This document shows positions 14,285 to 26,087 of a stretch of DNA of 64,000 bases, in pieces. Position 1 is the first letter of the stretch; every line of letters begins with the position of its first letter. The notes under the pieces are model-generated. The model had not been told where the DNA came from. It saw only the letters and a program-made list of their open reading frames with translations, and made no database searches. A program made the translations under genes and the position numbers. Origin of the DNA: Octopus bimaculoides (lineage: Eukaryota); NCBI RefSeq assembly GCF_001194135.2, contig NC_068998.1:12831770-12895769 (forward strand), given 5' to 3'.

Positions 14285-14451
14285 GTAAGCAGTGTATACA
14301 TTTGGCCATATTCTTTCTTTCTTACCAAGGAATCTTAAGTGTTAAATTACCAAAATCATACTACCTTATTTAGCTTTACATATAAGACTGGCTTTAGACT
14401 TTGGAGAGATACCAAAGAAGTAATACTCACACACATGCAACTCTGTGTGTA

Positions 14452-14496
<45 letters not shown>

Positions 14497-14636
14497 AGGT
14501 GGGGAGAGGGAGAGAAATACATGATTAGCTATATATTTTCTTTTATTGAATGGCTGAATTTCCTTGGAATTGAATCACTTTAGATAGTTACCCCACTCTA
14601 GGGAGTAAATACCATAAAGAATACACACATACACGC

Positions 14637-14679
<43 letters not shown>

Positions 14680-14870
14680 CATACACACTCATGTACATGT
14701 GTATCTTTCTCACCTTCTTTTTTTATCAATCTGTATATACATATATACATGCACATAGTGTATGCACACACACACACACACTCACAGAATATGAGGTACA
14801 AAAACATTAGAAGTACTCTGTACAAGTATATATTAGAAGTGTGCAGAATCTTATATTTCTCACAAAAATC

Positions 14871-14920
<50 letters not shown>

Positions 14921-15088
14921 GTATATATANNNNNNNNNNNNNNNNNNNNNNNNNNNNNNNNNNNNNNNNNNNNNNNNNNNNNNNNNNNNNNNNNNNNNNN
15001 NNNNNNNNNNNNNNNNNNNNNNNNNNNNNNNNNNNNNNNNNNNNNNNNNNNNNNNNNNNNNNNNNNNNNNNNNNNNNNNNNNNTTGTA

Positions 15089-15359
15089 AAGAATAAAAAG
15101 TTTTGAATGGTACAACAATGCACAATAATACAAACAATGGACTATAATAACTGTTGTAATTTAATCATCCATAGTCTGATATTTCGGAATAAAATTCCTT
15201 CTTCAGATATTCTTAGATGGAGTCACTGTTATAATTGGTTAAGAAGGAATTTTATTTCGAAATATCATCAGACTATGGATGACTAAATTACAACAGGTAT
15301 ATAGTCTTTTTTTTTTGTATTATAGTGCATTGTTGTACCATTCAAAACTTTTTATTCTT
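15089..15359. mobile_element. Fold-back (palindromic) MITE-like element, about 270 bp
   Basis: aagaataaaaagttttgaatggtacaacaatgcac ... gtgcattgttgtaccattcaaaactttttattctt; inner arms catccatagtctgat/atcagactatggatg and aataaaattccttctt/aagaaggaattttatt. Confidence 0.85.
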
Positions 15360-15373
15360 CATATATATATATA

Positions 15374-15408
<35 letters not shown>

Positions 15409-15499
15409 CTTTGTTTTTAAGAAACTGTAGAAGTTGCAGAATGATTCAAGTGGCAAGAGTTTTCTCCATTGGCACTTTTCAGACTAGTTTCAAGTGAAT

Positions 15500-15640
15500 G
15501 GGTCATAAATTTATATGCCAGTGATAATGGTACTTACCTGGATTGTTCTAGAACAAATTATAAAATATAATTGATTTTATAATTCATTCCAGAACAATCC
15601 AAGGAAATACCATTGTCACCAGTACATAAATTTATGACCC
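15500..15640. mobile_element. Palindromic MITE-like element, 141 bp
   Basis: gggtcataaattt...ggattgttctagaa / ttccagaacaatcc...aaatttatgaccc. Confidence 0.8.
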
Positions 15641-15838
15641 ATTGATGTGAAACTTGTCTGATAAGTGCCAACATATGAAACTCTTGGCCTTTGAGTCACT
15701 CTGTGACTTTTTCTGATTAATAATAAAAGCATATATATACTCAAGTCTTGAGCTCTATATTTTCCTGTTTGCATCACCAAACCTTTATGTGTATGTGTCT
15801 ATTTTTATATATCTACACACATTATTTTTGATTCTTAG

Positions 15839-15961
15839 ATCTAACCCACTAACTGGTGAAAAGGTGACCTTCACAACAGCTCTACTCAGTGACTACTCAG
15901 GTACACTCAAAGCAGAAAAATTAGCCATTGATGACCTCACTGCTACTTCTGTTAAGCAAAA
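15839..15961 (+). CDS. FER: FER exon 6, 123 nt, phase 2-2
   Basis: ttgattcttag|ATCT...CAAAA|gtaagt; SNPLTGEKVTFTTALLSDYSGTLKAEKLAIDDLTATSVKQ. Confidence 0.87.
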
Positions 15962-16385
15962 GTAAGTATTTCAGAAAGCCATTGTTTATGATAAACTTTT
16001 GAATTAATAAAATCTTTGTATAAATTAAAGATTTAGGTGTTTCATGTCTGGTATATAGTTTGTGATATTTAGTGGACAGTAGTCATAGTTAGGATGGAGT
16101 GGAGAAATTACCAGAAGCTCATTGTAGCTGCTGGTAAAAAGAGGCTTTTATTATAGTGGAGAGGAAATTTTCTGAGTTCAAATTCTGCTGAGGTAGACTT
16201 TGCCTTTCATCCTTTTGGGGTTGATGAACTGCTTCCCTCCACCAAAATTCCAGGCCTTGTGCCTATAGTAGAAAGGTTTATAGTGAAGAGGAATGGCAAA
16301 GGAAGGCAACAAAGTAGACTCTAACCAAGTCCATCTTTCACTAAAATATTCAGTTAATGTTTAAACTTATTTTGTTTGTTTTCAG

Positions 16386-16526
16386 ACTCGAAGATATTCG
16401 GAAAGATGTCACTAAATATGAGGAACAGAAGAACACTGTCTTAAAAGAACAAACTCAACTAGAAGCAGATGTTGAGACATGTTCAAGACTTTTAAAAGAG
16501 AAGGATGAAAACACCACTGTGTTGGA
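16386..16526 (+). CDS. FER: FER exon 7 (FX coiled coil), 141 nt, phase 2-2
   Basis: tttgttttcag|ACTCGAA...TTGGA|gtatgt; LEDIRKDVTKYEEQKNTVLKEQTQLEADVETCSRLLKEKDENTTVL. Confidence 0.87.
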
Positions 16527-17444
16527 GTATGTGAATTTGGAAGACGTTTCCTTCATTTCTCTTTTATTGTTGTCATTTCTTTTTTCACTAAAGTATTCTA
16601 TTACCTGTCTTGGGTATTTAGTCATTTAGTTTAATCTTTTTTTTTTTTTTTTACTTTTAAATATTCTATTTATTGAGAAATTTATTACAGCAAGTCACGG
16701 ATGTTTTGTAGACTTGTTGGACAAAATCATGAATATGTTACATTAAAGAAGTCATGAGAAAGTTGCACTAAAAGAGCCATTGAATCTCATGGGACTCATT
16801 TGTGCAGTTTATGACAATCTTTGTTATGAAAATGCAAAAGGAAGTGGTTTGGGAGACCCGGATATGAACAGGGAAGAAAATCAAAACAACAAAACGCTTG
16901 AACTACAACTTTCATAAGTAAAAGGATATTCAAAGTTGAGGTTAAAAGAAAACAAAATAGTGCAATTAGAATGCATATATTGTTGTAGTTGCTGTTGTTG
17001 TGTTGTTGTTTAGCCCTAGGTTAACCTTGTTCAAGTAAGACTTACGATCAAAGTGTTCCAACTGTTATCATTTCATCTTGTTTTCCAGCACAGTGTAAGG
17101 ACTACATTAACCATTGTGTCATTTTTGAAGATGATAGTGTAGATCAAGAGAGATTTTGCTGTTATTTCTAGCAGGTCCAGAAAACCATATAGAGAATCCC
17201 TTGTTAGCTCATATCATTGTTGCTGAGTGATAAGACTATAAAAGACAAGCAAGAGGTCAGGAGTATTCGTAGAAAGATTAATGCAGGATAGCCTTCTTTC
17301 AGATAGGATGAAACATTTACCATCTTTGTTAGGAATGAAGTAAATCTATGTCATTAAAAAAAATGATTTAATTTTGAGTGATTTTTGTTACAATATAAAA
17401 TATTTTTGAATCATTGGTCTAAATTTCTCTTTTTTGTTATTCAG

Positions 17445-17601
17445 ATTACAAAAACTCAAACATAAAGTTTCTCTTAATAAATGGAATTTCATCAAGACAA
17501 AATGTAACTACTTACATTATCAAGCTGTTGCTGATTTTATTGATCAGTCTATACAAGAAATTGATGGTGAACCCCCACCTGCTATACCACACTTAGATTT
17601 T
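17445..17601 (+). CDS. FER: FER exon 8 (end of FX region), 157 nt, phase 2-0
   Basis: ttgttattcag|ATTACAA...GATTTT|gtaagt; LQKLKHKVSLNKWNFIKTKCNYLHYQAVADFIDQSIQEIDGEPPPAIPHLDF. Confidence 0.87.
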
Positions 17602-18519
17602 GTAAGTACAGACAATCTTGTTTTTATTTTATCATTACTTTACCATGGCAATAACTCTATAGCACCAAAGATTAGATGCCCTCTAATTTTAGCAGCTCAT
17701 TTTCAGGAAAAAAATGTTTTTAGCGCATTAAAATATGTAATATTTTTTAAGGTAACAAGCTGGCAGAATTGTTAGCTCACTGGGTAAAATGTACAGTGGC
17801 ATTTCATCAATCTTTATGTTCTAGGTTCAAAATATGCCATGGTCAACTTAGCCTTTTCATTCTTTTGTGTTCAATAAAAAGTAGTGGGGTTGATGTAATT
17901 AACTTACCACCTCCCCCAAAATTACTGACCTTGTGTCAAAATTTGAAGTCAGTATTTATAGCAACTTTGCATATATGACCATATAGGACTAAGGATAATT
18001 TTTTTTTGAGACATTATTTTGGAAAAAAAAAAACAAGACAAAGCATGTCTTAGAAGCCATCAAATACAGTACATAATTTCCTTTATCACATTCAGAACTG
18101 GTAATTAAATGATGATAGGAGAATCTTCTTCAAATTCAGTCCTGCAGAATGATCAGCTGTAGTGTTCCCAGTCCTTTTAACACTTTCTACATATCACAGC
18201 TACTCATTTTAGGATGAGTTGTGCAATCTCTTTCAGCGAGGTCTGAACAGTCTCTGGTTGTCTGTTGGTATGTGTATTTAAGATAGGAAAAATGTAAGAT
18301 GTGTTTATCATTATTGATATCTGTGTTGAGATGTCAGACAAATCAAAGTTCCTAGCTTCCTTTTGACATCTGCTTTTAAGCAGCAAAATTCTTGTCTTTG
18401 TGCAAGTATAAGTTGGAAACAAAAGTCTAGGAGTCCTTTGTGAACTTAAAAGAGTTACTTGCTGTCATCTTGATTGTGAGAAAATATGAATTATGGCATG
18501 AGAATCATATCCTTTATAT

Positions 18520-18722
<203 letters not shown>

Positions 18723-19118
18723 ATGTAATATTACTCTTTTTATGGATTTGTTTACATATTAATCACTTATTAATCTTTTTTTTTTCTTTTGTTTCAGCTT
18801 TTAAAAAATATCGGCAGGTTTATTACTTAATTAGACCATACAATTTTGAATTTTGACAGAAAAATATGGATATTCTATTTCTGATATTTTTCAAAAATTC
18901 TTCTAATTTATTTATTTATTTTTTAAGAACTGCCGTATGTATTTTAGCTTATGTAAACCGAAACGTTTAAATGATTCTGTAAAATTCCACTGCAGGTGGT
19001 TGGAAACCAAATCAAAATTTGCTCGTTTCAAATTGTTTTATCTGACTCAAAATGACCCTCACTTCATTTGTATTTATACTTATATCATTTGTTGCCCGTT
19101 TTTTGCATTTATTTCCAG

Positions 19119-19250
19119 GATCCATCATGTTTGCAAGTTGGCTCTGGGGCTACATTACTTAAAAAATTTAATTCCATGCCTAATACATTAAGAAGGTTTG
19201 CTAGTCGAAGTACTTTGTTCAATATGAGTACAATAGATTACTCAGCTGAG
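19119..19250 (+). CDS. FER: Candidate FER linker exon A, 132 nt, phase 0-0
   Basis: gcatttatttccag|GAT...GCTGAG|gtaggt; open frame DPSCLQVGSGATLLKKFNSMPNTLRRFASRSTLFNMSTIDYSAE; phase compatible with exon 8 and the SH2 exon. Confidence 0.65.
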
Positions 19251-21061
19251 GTAGGTACTGGAAATGGAGGCAACTTGCATGATATCCTCAATTAGAATTA
19301 CGTTCTGAGAAGCCTGCCTCTTTTAATATCTTTCGTCTGCCAAGCGAATGGTAGGGAATCTCAATTTGAAATATTAACTGCTTACTGTTAATGGATTGTA
19401 GGTCAAAGCCAAAATGTGAATCTAACTGAATTTTTGAATAATTTTTAAATATACTTTGCTTGAAGTTTATTTTGCAGAGGAAATTTTAAAAATTAAATAA
19501 TAAATAAAAACTTGACAAAATATACCTTTGAATGTTTTTGGTGTTATGTAACCAACAATATTAACTGCAAGTAACTACAAGCTGAGAATTAAACGAATGG
19601 ACTTGTTAAAATCAATTAATATCAATGATTTCGATGTGTTAACAGCTTTACTGGAGTTCTGTAACAAGTTGAACACTATAACTCTCTATTGTTTCATTTC
19701 TTGTCTGTCTCTTCTGTGTGAAGACAGATTGCTAATAGTAACAACCTTTTCAAAAAGCAGCTGCTCAATTCAGACTGCATATAGTTGTGCTGTCTTTTAC
19801 ACAGCCTCTAGCTGCTTTGCCTGAAATGGACTCTCAGTGAGGTTAAATTACTACTGATGTTATTTTCTGTTATTTGTTATTAGTGCTGCTAACTAACATC
19901 TTCATTCTTTATTTTTTAGTTACTTTCCAAAACTTTTTTTCAAATACAAACATTAACATGTGAGTCTTTAAGTAATTAAGAAATCAGATTATCCGCAGAC
20001 AGGTATTTTTCAAAACTGGAGCGATATCTTAGCAAAAACCTTTCAGCTACATCTGATACGACTCTAACGAAGCTTTGTAACTAGGCAGATCTGGCTGTGT
20101 CTTGTGGGTAAAAAGTTCACTTCTCAACCAATTTTCAACCCCGTGGATCTGCGTTTGGTCCCATTGTGCAGCATCTTAGGCAAATACGTTCTGTTGTAAT
20201 CACAGATTGGCCACTGCCTTGTGGGTGAAACTTGGAGAAACTATGGAAGCCCACTTATTGACACACACGTTAATTGAAATGGAATGCACGACAAAATTAC
20301 TATATTGGTTGCAGCTCTTGATAGTATCCATGTTAAACTCCTGCTGCTACATGACCCAGTAAGGTTCAGTGCAACCATTATAAGGCTGTTATATGATATG
20401 AATAACACATGTAGTATGAGAGAAAACCATGAGGTATGAAGTTGGTATTTCTTGTAGAAATATATATATATATATATATATATATAGCAGCACACCTGCT
20501 TCTGCCCTCATTCTTGACCGCTCTCTCTCCCTCTCCCTCTCTTGCTTTTCCCTCTAGCTGGGTGACCAAGTATCTGCTTTACTTCAGCCCACTTGTTTTT
20601 GTTATATTCTAACCGTTCATCATCTAACACAAGATTACCTCCTCCGAGCCCCCTGCCTCTATAGCAAAACACCTGTTTCTGCTTCCCTGTCCTTTCTGCC
20701 AGGTTCTTATCTTTCATCATCTGATACAAGATCCCCTCCTCCAATGCCCACTCTCCTCTCAAAATTCCTTGTCTTGCAAGTTACTTGGTGACCCTGCCAG
20801 TGCTGGTGTCTCATAAAAAGCATCCAGTCCACACTGTTAAGTGGTTGGCATTTGGAACGGCCTCCAGCTGTAAAAGCCATGCCAAAACTGACATTGCCTG
20901 GGCTGGTGCTATGTAAAAAACATTCAGCCCACTCTGCAGAATGGTTGGTGTTAGAAGGACATCCAGCTGTAAAAGCCATGCCAAAACAGACTGGCGTTGT
21001 CTTCTGTCTGGTTGGCTCCTGTTAAACTGTCCATAGAAGATGGATGTTAAATGATAATAAT

Positions 21062-21304
21062 GATGGGTAATTCGTGTTTGCTTCACTGAATGGTAATTTT
21101 ATCTGAAGTGTATATCAGCGATAATTATAACGGTAGAGCATATGGAGACTGGCACATCCTCAAAATTTATTTACTTTTATTATACAATGTCATACAGCAT
21201 TTTGAGGATGTACCAGTCTCCGTATTCTTTGTCATTATAATTATTGCTAATATACACTCCAGATAATATAACGATTCAGCGAAGCAAACATGGAATTACC
21301 CATC
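21062..21304. mobile_element. Fold-back repeat element, 243 bp
   Basis: gatgggtaattcgtgtttgcttcactgaat / attcagcgaagcaaacatggaattacccatc; inner arms ggagactggcacatcctcaaaat / attttgaggatgtaccagtctcc; related single arm near 7360-7480. Confidence 0.8.
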
Positions 21305-22140
21305 GGAAGAATTTACAGCGTGAGTGACAACTCATAATAGTCATAGATGTTTAATACTAATCAGTGCAGTTAGCCGTAATCTGGAACTTGACAGAGAGCT
21401 ACTACAGTATCCGCTCAGATAATATATCCCTCTAAACTCACACAGATGTATATATATTTGTGTGTATGTATAGTTTTTTATACCTTGTTGTATTTGTTCT
21501 GCTTGAGTTACACAAAAGCTCCCATGTCACACATGCTGTCATAAATACAGTGAATCTATGATTAGCCTGTTAGAAAATGTAACCAGCACTGCTATTGTTC
21601 ACATATTGTGATAGAAATATAAATAAAAAACCTTAGCCATCATTGCTTGGGCTTGTAAACAATCAGTCAAAACTATTCTAGTGCCATTTGTATGTCCAAC
21701 ATTCTGGATAGGAAAACGTGAAATTGAAAACAGTTTATTTATTTATTTATTCGATGAGTCACTACTGTTCGATCTTTATTGTAGCCATACAATGCTAAAA
21801 TTTAGAATTTCACATATGCGGTTCTCTTTTTTAACCCTTTTATTACTATATCCCGGTTGAAATTCTATATATTGAATAAAATATGAAAATAATTGAGGAA
21901 CATATCTCTGAAAAGATTGAATAACTATATAGAAACTAATGTGCAACCAAAGAATAGTTGTAAATTCTTGGTTTCTCTTGCATATCCAGAAGCAGATAGC
22001 ATTTTACTGAGTTTTTTTTTTTTTTTTCCAGAATTTTCTTGTCTTTAATTTTCATTTTCTATCTTTTTTCCACTCTTTCTCTCTCTCCTTCAGCAGCTCA
22101 ATTTTTAGGGAATTACTGGAATGGTGCATCAATTTATTTA

Positions 22141-22302
22141 TCGTATTTTAACTTGTATAAGGAACCCTTTTTTGTCAAAAATTAGGTTAAAAAAATATGG
22201 GAGTTTCTTATACATAGATAGTATTATAATCCCTTACAAAACCTTTTTTCCCAATTTTAAACCCCAATAATTAGGGGGTTTCTTATACATGTTAAAATAT
22301 GG
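22141..22302. mobile_element. Tc1/mariner-superfamily MITE, 162 bp
   Basis: TA|tcgtattttaacttgtataaggaaccc ... gggtttcttatacatgttaaaatatgg|TA. Confidence 0.75.
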
Positions 22303-23426
22303 TAATTTTTATTCTTTCTGCCACAGAAAATTTCATGCTATAACCGTTTTCTGAAAAAGAAAGCATTGTCTGCAAGTATGCATGTAAATCATTTTTTAGA
22401 TGAGGGTTTTGTCTCTTCCGAAATACTGCACGAAGCTGCAGTTGATTCACTACAACAATATTGCTGTTGCATTTGATAATATTTATTTTTTTCAGCTATA
22501 ATCTCTATTTTGCATTATTAGGTCATCAAGTGTGTATCTGATGTACATAGCATGTATTGCGTAGTTTAACAATTTTTGTACTAATACATTAACAAGTGTG
22601 TATGTGTGTCTGTGTGACTGTTGTATGGATGCAGCATGGCCACATAGTTCAAATTTTGCTTCATAATCAAGTGCCTTTATCACAAAAAAAAAAAAATGGA
22701 GAATGCCCTGAGTTTTCATTTGCTTAGAAATGTAGGGATATGAAGAGAGAGAGAGGTGGTTCAATTCTTAGTAGTGCTAATTTAGCTTTTTGTGTTCCAT
22801 TGTGTGTTTGTGTATGTGTGTGTACATGTGTGTGCATTCACGCGTGCGCACACACACGCACACACACAAGACCTGTGGGAAAAAAATCCCTGACTTGAAA
22901 ACAAGTTAGATGTTGGCAACTTCAAAATCAATTCTCATCCAAATCATACTAGGATGGAAAAAATGAATGTTAAAATGTTAAATGGGTAAAAAAAAAACCA
23001 GGTCACACACATAAACAAACACACAAAGAACACAGAACAACTTCAAAGTGCTCAATACACACTTATGTTACTGAGTGTAGATTCTAACATGTGGATGTAT
23101 AGCTGACTAAACCATGGAATCCAAATCAAAATGTCTTGCTAGTTTTCAGTAGTTCAGTAGTATCATTTAAATATTCCTAAATTTTAGTTAGAATGAGTGT
23201 CTAATAGTGCAATGTATTTTGTTGGGTGCTTTTTTTTTTAATTTTGGTTTTTTATATAATTTATTCAGAAAATGAATAGCAACATCCATGACATTTTTCT
23301 GGGTTTTACTTCTCTGCCCAATTCTGTTGTTATGATAATGGTCTTAGCTCTTCAGAACTAACTCCCTGAAATGGCCCATCCATTTCTCTTCCATTTACCA
23401 CCCCTACTGTGTCTTATTCTTTAGAC

Positions 23427-23770
23427 CAGTGGTTCTCAACAGGTGTTCATATTGCCATATGGGTCTCAACCGGGGTCCATGTAACAAAATAGTAAATTAG
23501 GGATCCATAATAGAATTTGAAGGGCTCCTGAAAAAATTTTGCTTTAGATGTATGCATTGGTATATGTTACAAGAAACAACTAGGTTTCTTTCTCTAACAT
23601 TTTATGTAGTTCAACCTACACAAGTGAATGTGAGAAAAACAAAATAGGAATTTTGAAAGAAGTTTCTGTAAAACTAGTTTTGAAACATTGACTGGCTATG
23701 AGGTTTCACCAGAATAAAATAGTAATCAAAGGGGCCCTTAGATAAATAAAAAAATGGTTGAGAACCCCTG
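23427..23770. mobile_element. hAT (Charlie-type) MITE, 344 bp
   Basis: TIRs cagtggttctcaac / gttgagaacccctg; 8-bp TSD ctttagac / ctctagac (NTCTAGAN-like). Confidence 0.88.
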
Positions 23771-24448
23771 CTCTAGACCCTGCACTGTACATTTCTTTAA
23801 CTCCTTTTTAATAGCTTAGTTAGTGGAGAAAGGGCAATGTCGATGATCCTGGTGAGAACAAGGAAGGACATTATCCTTAGACTGGAAACCTACCTTGAAT
23901 ACCTGCAACAATCATTCAGGGAATTAAAGCAGGTGACAGATGAAGTCTATTGTCCTAAAACAAGAATCGTCCTACTGACAGGCCTCCACATGCTTTATGG
24001 TTATAAAATTTGCCCTACAAAACTGTGGTTGCCTTGATGCTATGCTAGAAGGCATTTGTCCAAATTGTGGCATCATGAGATTGAATTTTAAACCATGCAC
24101 TTGTGGAGAGCAAACTTCGTAACTCCACAGCAGTGTTTGCACTCGATAATATCTGCCTGGATTGCAATGTATTCTGCCCTATTTGTTTACAGTGATCAAA
24201 ATTTTGTGTGATATAAACTCACTTCCTCCATCAAATTAACATTGCCTGAACAGGTGTATGCTGTACCACTTGTCAGATGTTGAAGTGATTTAAAAGTGGC
24301 ATGAGATGAAGTGAGATGAACTTTTGACAGAAGTTCAAATTGAAACATAACCACATCAGTCTCCAGAAGACTTAATATTATTATTTAAATATTTTTAATG
24401 TAAGAAATCTTCTTCTTCTTCATCATCATCATCATCATAATAAATTGT

Positions 24449-25560
24449 AAGGTGGTGAGCTGGCAGAATCATTAGCACTCTGGGAAAAATGCTTAGCAGC
24501 ATTTCATCTGTCCTTATGTTGTGCATTCAAATTCCACTGTGGTTGACTTTGCCTTTCATCCTGCTGGAGTCGATAAAATAAGTACCAGTTGAACACTGGA
24601 GTCAATGTAAATGACTTACCCCTCCTCCCAAAATTACTGGCCTTGTACTAAAATTTCAAACCATTATTATTATTATTATTATTATAAATTGTAAGGTTGC
24701 AAGCTAGCAGAATCATTAGCAGGCCAGGCAAAATACTTAGTGGCATTTCATCCAATTGTACATTCTGAGTTCCAATTCTGCCAAGGTTGACTTTGCCTTT
24801 CATCCTTCTGGGGTCAATAAAATAAGTACCGGTTGAGTTCTGGGGTTAATGTAATCAACTTACCCCCTCCCCCGAAATTGCCTACCTTGTGCCAAAATTT
24901 GAAGCCATTATTATTTTAAATTGTAATGGGAGTATAGGGGATTGATCAAATTATAAGAATAGTGGACAACATGCCTTACAGTATTCATTCCGTCTCTTTC
25001 CTTTCTGGGTTCAGATTCTGCTGAGGTCAACTTTGACTTTAATTCTCTTGGGGTTAGTAAAATATAATACCAATGAAATACTGGGGTAGATTTCATCAAC
25101 TGGTCCCCTCTTCACAGTTTTCTGGACTTTTGCCTATGTTAGAAATAATTATTAATTGCAAAAGTAGGAGAATGCCAGATCAAATTTTTTTTGCGGTGGT
25201 TACTTGTCTTTTTATTATATGATTTCAAGTCTCAATGATGCTGACAATGTTCTTTTTTTGTCCCTATGGTAGTGATAAATAATATCAATCAAGTACTGGG
25301 AGAAATAATAATAATAATAATTATTATCATTATTATTGTTAAGGTGGCAAGCAGCCAGAAACATTAGCACGCCGGACAAAATGCTACTAAGCATTTTGTC
25401 TGTCTTTACGTTCTGAGTTCAAATGCTGCCAAGGTCGACTTTGCCTTTCATCCTTTCACGGTTGATAAAATAAGTACCAGTTGAGCACTGGGGGTCAGTG
25501 TGCTAGGCTTACTCCCTCCTCTGAAATCCTGGCCTTGTGCCAAAATTTGAGACCAATATT
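24449..25560 (+). mobile_element. Head-to-tail cluster of about 4 copies of one SINE family
   Basis: Repeated aaggtggcgagctggcagaatc...ctgagttcaaat...gactttgcctttcatcc...aaataagtaccag...ggccttgtgccaaaattt units separated by (ATT)n/(CAT)n tracts. Confidence 0.85.
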
Positions 25561-25883
25561 TTTATTAGTATTGTTAACAATTTCTTTAATATATTCACTG
25601 ATTGATATTTTTTATTTGTCATAATAATTATTTTAATTTAGACTCTTTTTCTAACCTTCAGAGATCATGAAATCCTTTCCATATATATTTCTTGTTTTTG
25701 CATTATGATTAATCATGCTTTTAACTTAACACAGCCTTCCAGGGTGACAAAAAAAAAAAAAGAAAGAAAAGCCAAATACTATTTTTAGTATGTTGAATGC
25801 TTATTCAAAAATCAAGTGAGAAAGTCTATTCTATAGATTCCTTTTTAAATGAAAGCTTAATTTCGCTGCTCTCACATGTTCAG

Positions 25884-26087
25884 GATGGCACTTCAATGGT
25901 ATCAGCAAGTTCTTCACAAACAAAAGCCAGATGGAATATAACAAATATTTTCAAAAGTCTTGGTAGTAACGTGATTTCCACACCATCTCCAGACAACACT
26001 GAGAGCAAACAAAACCAAAACCAAAACCAGAAACAGAACTATGAAGAACAGTTTGATGTTAAGGGTGTTGAAGAATACAATGGAGAG
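25884..26087 (+). CDS. FER: FER linker exon B (counted as exon 9), 204 nt, phase 0-0
   Basis: ctctcacatgttcag|GAT...GGAGAG|gtgaga; DGTSMVSASSSQTKARWNITNIFKSLGSNVISTPSPDNTESKQNQNQNQKQNYEEQFDVKGVEEYNGE. Confidence 0.75.

Noticed and set aside
14598-15137. Long ORFs containing X, and [12 protein letters not shown] ORFs throughout the window
   Set aside because: Artefacts of N-gaps and dinucleotide microsatellites.
17707-17751. In-frame 45-nt segment EKNVFSALKYVIFFK with AG/GT ends, inside the extended ORF 17434-17775
   Set aside because: Weak pyrimidine tract, and the donor is the first bases of a SINE; probably chance.
22327-22383. Possible 57-nt phase 0-0 exon KISCYNRFLKKKALSASMH
   Set aside because: The acceptor abuts a MITE end, the donor CAT|gtaaat is weak, and a competing out-of-frame donor exists; not supportable without reads.
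24449-25560. Regularly recurring conserved units superficially like a CRISPR array
   Set aside because: Units are about 200-230-bp SINE copies with simple-repeat spacers in a eukaryotic genome; no short repeats, unique spacers or cas genes.
25735-25743. Possible 9-nt microexon (PSR) upstream of exon B
   Set aside because: The donor gtgaca is weak, and such short matches are expected by chance.
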